A stretch of 64,000 bases of DNA, from contig CAVORB010000020.1 in assembly GCA_963698495.1 (NCBI GenBank), forward strand, positions 85,789 through 149,788. Direction: 5' to 3'. The notes under the pieces are model-generated. The model searched no databases. It saw nothing but the letters and a program-made list of their open reading frames with translations, and was not told the origin of the DNA. A program made the position numbers and the translations under genes. The stretch is from an uncultured Gammaproteobacteria bacterium (GTDB lineage: Bacteria > Pseudomonadota > Gammaproteobacteria > Chromatiales > Chromatiaceae). This document shows, piece after piece, positions 61,896 to 64,000 of the stretch. Positions within the stretch are counted from its first letter, which is position 1. Each line of letters starts with the position of its first letter.

Positions 61896-63033
61896 ATGCA
61901 GAAGACAAGCCGGCTCCTCGACAATCCGAGCCCAGCACCCTTCAACCTTCCCATCGGACGGCGGCGATTCACGCAATGGCTTGCCGCAAGCCTGCTCTTG
62001 GGCGGTCACCGGGCCCATGCCACCGCGCGAAAGGGCGCAGGGGAAGACGTGACACCAGCCAATCGGCTCAAGGTCGCGGCGATTCAGATGGCACCGAAGC
62101 TCGCCGATGTGGAGTCGAATCTGGCTCAGGCCGAGAACCTGATGCGGGAGGCAATTCGTCGAGGCGCGGAGTGGATCCTGTTGCCGGAGGCGTTCACCTC
62201 CGCGGCGGCCTTCCACGAGGACATGGTCAGGGCCGTCCGGCCGCTGGACGGTGCGCCCGCGCGGTTGCTGGAGGGCGTGGCACGGGAAGCGGGCGTGGTG
62301 GCGGGAGGGTCTTTCTTCGCCCGGGACGGGGATCACGTCTACAACAGTTTTCTGCTGGTGTTCCCCGATGGAACCAGGTACCGCCACGACAAGGACTACC
62401 CCACCTATTGGGAAACCTGCTACTCCGAGAAGGGATCGGACGACGGGGTGTTGAGCACGCCCGTCGGTCCGGTCGGGGTGGCCCTGTGCTGGGAGATGGT
62501 TCGCTCCGGCACGGCGGCGCGGTTGTCGGGCAAGGTACGGATGCTGCTCACCGGCTCGACCTGGTGGACCCTGCCGGACGACGCCAGCGCGGATCACCCG
62601 TTGCGCGCGGTGAATCTCAACATGCTCCGCGAATCCCCGCCGCGTCTTGCGCGGATGCTGGGGGTTCCTGTGGTACATGCCTCCCACGCCGGACCCTTCC
62701 AGGGCTTCGACAGCCCGGAGCTGCCGGACGTGCCCTACCGCTCGGTCTACCTCGGCGAAACCATGATCACGGATGCGACCGGAAAACTGCTCGCGCGCAT
62801 GGGTATGGGAGGACGGCGCGGGAGTGATCACGGCGGACATCGTCCTGCCCGCCGACCCCATGCCGTCGGAGGCGATTCCCGACCGGTTCTGGCTGCCGAA
62901 GCAGATGCCGCAGGAGTGGAAAGACGCCTGGGACCGGTGGTTCCCGCGGGGAGAGGACTATTATCGCACCGTGACCCTACCCTATCTCGAAACCGGTCAG
63001 CTCGAAGAATACGTACCGCCGTACCTTCGGTAG
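61896..63033 (+). pseudogene. Tat-signal carbon-nitrogen hydrolase (nitrilase superfamily) with a frameshift near 62805
   Basis: SD GGAGG and Tat motif GRRRFTQWLAASLLLGG. LKVAAIQM, ILLPEAF and VALCWEM (catalytic Cys). The C-terminus WEDGAGVITADIVLP...YVPPYLR is in ORF 62773-63033. Confidence 0.75.
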
Positions 63034-63101
63034 TCGGGGACGGACGCCAAGCTCTCGGGTGAGTCCGAAACTGCCGCCCGATGACATTCGGTCGCGTGGT
63101 T

Positions 63102-64000
63102 CTACAGGCCCAGTCGGGCGAGGATGGACTCCAATCGCTGCGTCTGGCGGACATCCGTCATCGGATAGGTCTGAAGCCAGTCCCGAATCGAGAATTGCGG
63201 GTCGATGGCTCGGATCTCCTGCGCCTCCCACTCAGCGCCATCCCGGTCACCGTCGTCGTCCAGCACGGCCGCGAGATAGACGCGCGCCTCGAGGTTCGCG
63301 GGATTGCGCGTGATCGCCTCGCGCAGATTGATCAGCGCCTGGTCAGAATCGCCGAGGAAAAAGTAGGCGCGGCCGAGCAATAGAAAGTAGAGGTAACCCG
63401 CCTCCGGATTGAGCCGCATTGCGCGGCGCAGCAGCGGGATCGAGGCGGATGGGTCACCGACGTAGGTCTCGATCCCTCCCTTGAGGGCGAACGCGTCGCC
63501 AAAGGAAGGCGCCAGAGCCAGGGCTTCGTCCAGATGCGCAAGGGCCTCGGCGTGGCGCCGCCGCTGTGCACTGACATAGCCGAGCACCCAGTGCGCCTCG
63601 GCCAGGTCCGGATCGATCTGTACCGCGGTCCGCGCCATTTCCTGAGCCCGGCCCAGGGATGCCTGGCCGTCCTCCGACCACTGATTGCGATAATCGGCCG
63701 CGTATGTCAACGCCAGACCGCCGTAAGCCCGGGCAAAGGCGGGGTCCAACTCGATGGCGCGCAGGAAAAGCCTCGTTGCCTGCGCGTTCTCCTGTTGCGT
63801 GCGCACCAGCAGCGCGGCCCGGGCGCGAAGGAACAGGTCGTATGCCTCGACGGAACGGCTGAAGCGGCGCGCGAGCCGCCGACGCTCGGCCTCGGTGATC
63901 TTGACCGAGAGCGTTTCCGCGAGCCGCGTCCCGATCTCGTCCTGGACCGCGAAAATATCCTCGAAGGGGCGGTCATAACGCTCGGCCCACAGCTGTCGCC
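63102..64000 (-). CDS. TPR-domain protein, paralogue of 58806-60509 (5' end beyond window)
   Basis: The frame stays open to the window edge. WAERYDRPFEDIFAVQDEIGTRLAE...SVEAYDLFLRAR...AIELDPAFARAYGGLALTY parallels the other protein's GERYSGALSDVFDIQDRLTAAV...AYDLYLRG...AITLDPAFARAYTGLALTY. Confidence 0.75.
   Translation of the reverse strand, partial: RQLWAERYDRPFEDIFAVQDEIGTRLAETLSVKITEAERRRLARRFSRSVEAYDLFLRARAALLVRTQQENAQATRLFLRAIELDPAFARAYGGLALTYAADYRNQWSEDGQASLGRAQEMARTAVQIDPDLAEAHWVLGYVSAQRRRHAEALAHLDEALALAPSFGDAFALKGGIETYVGDPSASIPLLRRAMRLNPEAGYLYFLLLGRAYFFLGDSDQALINLREAITRNPANLEARVYLAAVLDDDGDRDGAEWEAQEIRAIDPQFSIRDWLQTYPMTDVRQTQRLESILARLGL

Overview
High-GC (~65%) gammaproteobacterial chromosome segment, probably from a sulfur-oxidising Chromatiales-type organism. 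Support: a sulfur-globule-protein-like gene, a DsrE-like gene and argH/algZ/algR synteny. I support about 60 genes and recognised no rRNA, tRNA, CRISPR array, transposase or integrase. The main feature is a ~9.6 kb block (2337-11943) holding two adjacent anaerobic-respiration operons. One is psrABC-like: Tat-exported molybdopterin oxidoreductase, 4Fe-4S subunit and NrfD membrane anchor. The other is nrfCD-like: small Tat-signal protein, 4Fe-4S subunit, large NrfD-type subunit, tetraheme cytochrome c and a UbiE-like methyltransferase. Every gene in this block is broken by many frame changes (about 18 in the first gene, roughly 40 overall) plus at least one in-frame TAG. The flanking genes are intact, including two monoheme cytochromes c and TorD-like and HybE-like Tat chaperones. 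Isolated single frameshifts also hit five other conserved genes: an SDR, a coiled-coil protein, algR, a DUF389 gene and a Tat-signal C-N hydrolase. Other notable items: a ~125-165 bp intergenic repeat present twice 40 kb apart; a low-GC islet with a bacteriohemerythrin; an exported Hsp20-domain protein; an uncharacterised five-gene TelA-like/coiled-coil/secreted-protein cluster; LemA-DUF2207; a 1.9 kb ORF-poor stretch; a REC-GGDEF and pseudo-receiver-phosphodiesterase pair; and three exported proteins (AhpD-like, DsrE-like, C-N hydrolase) flanked by two paralogous wHTH-TPR regulators. All functional calls rest on motif and family recognition by eye. No database search was run.
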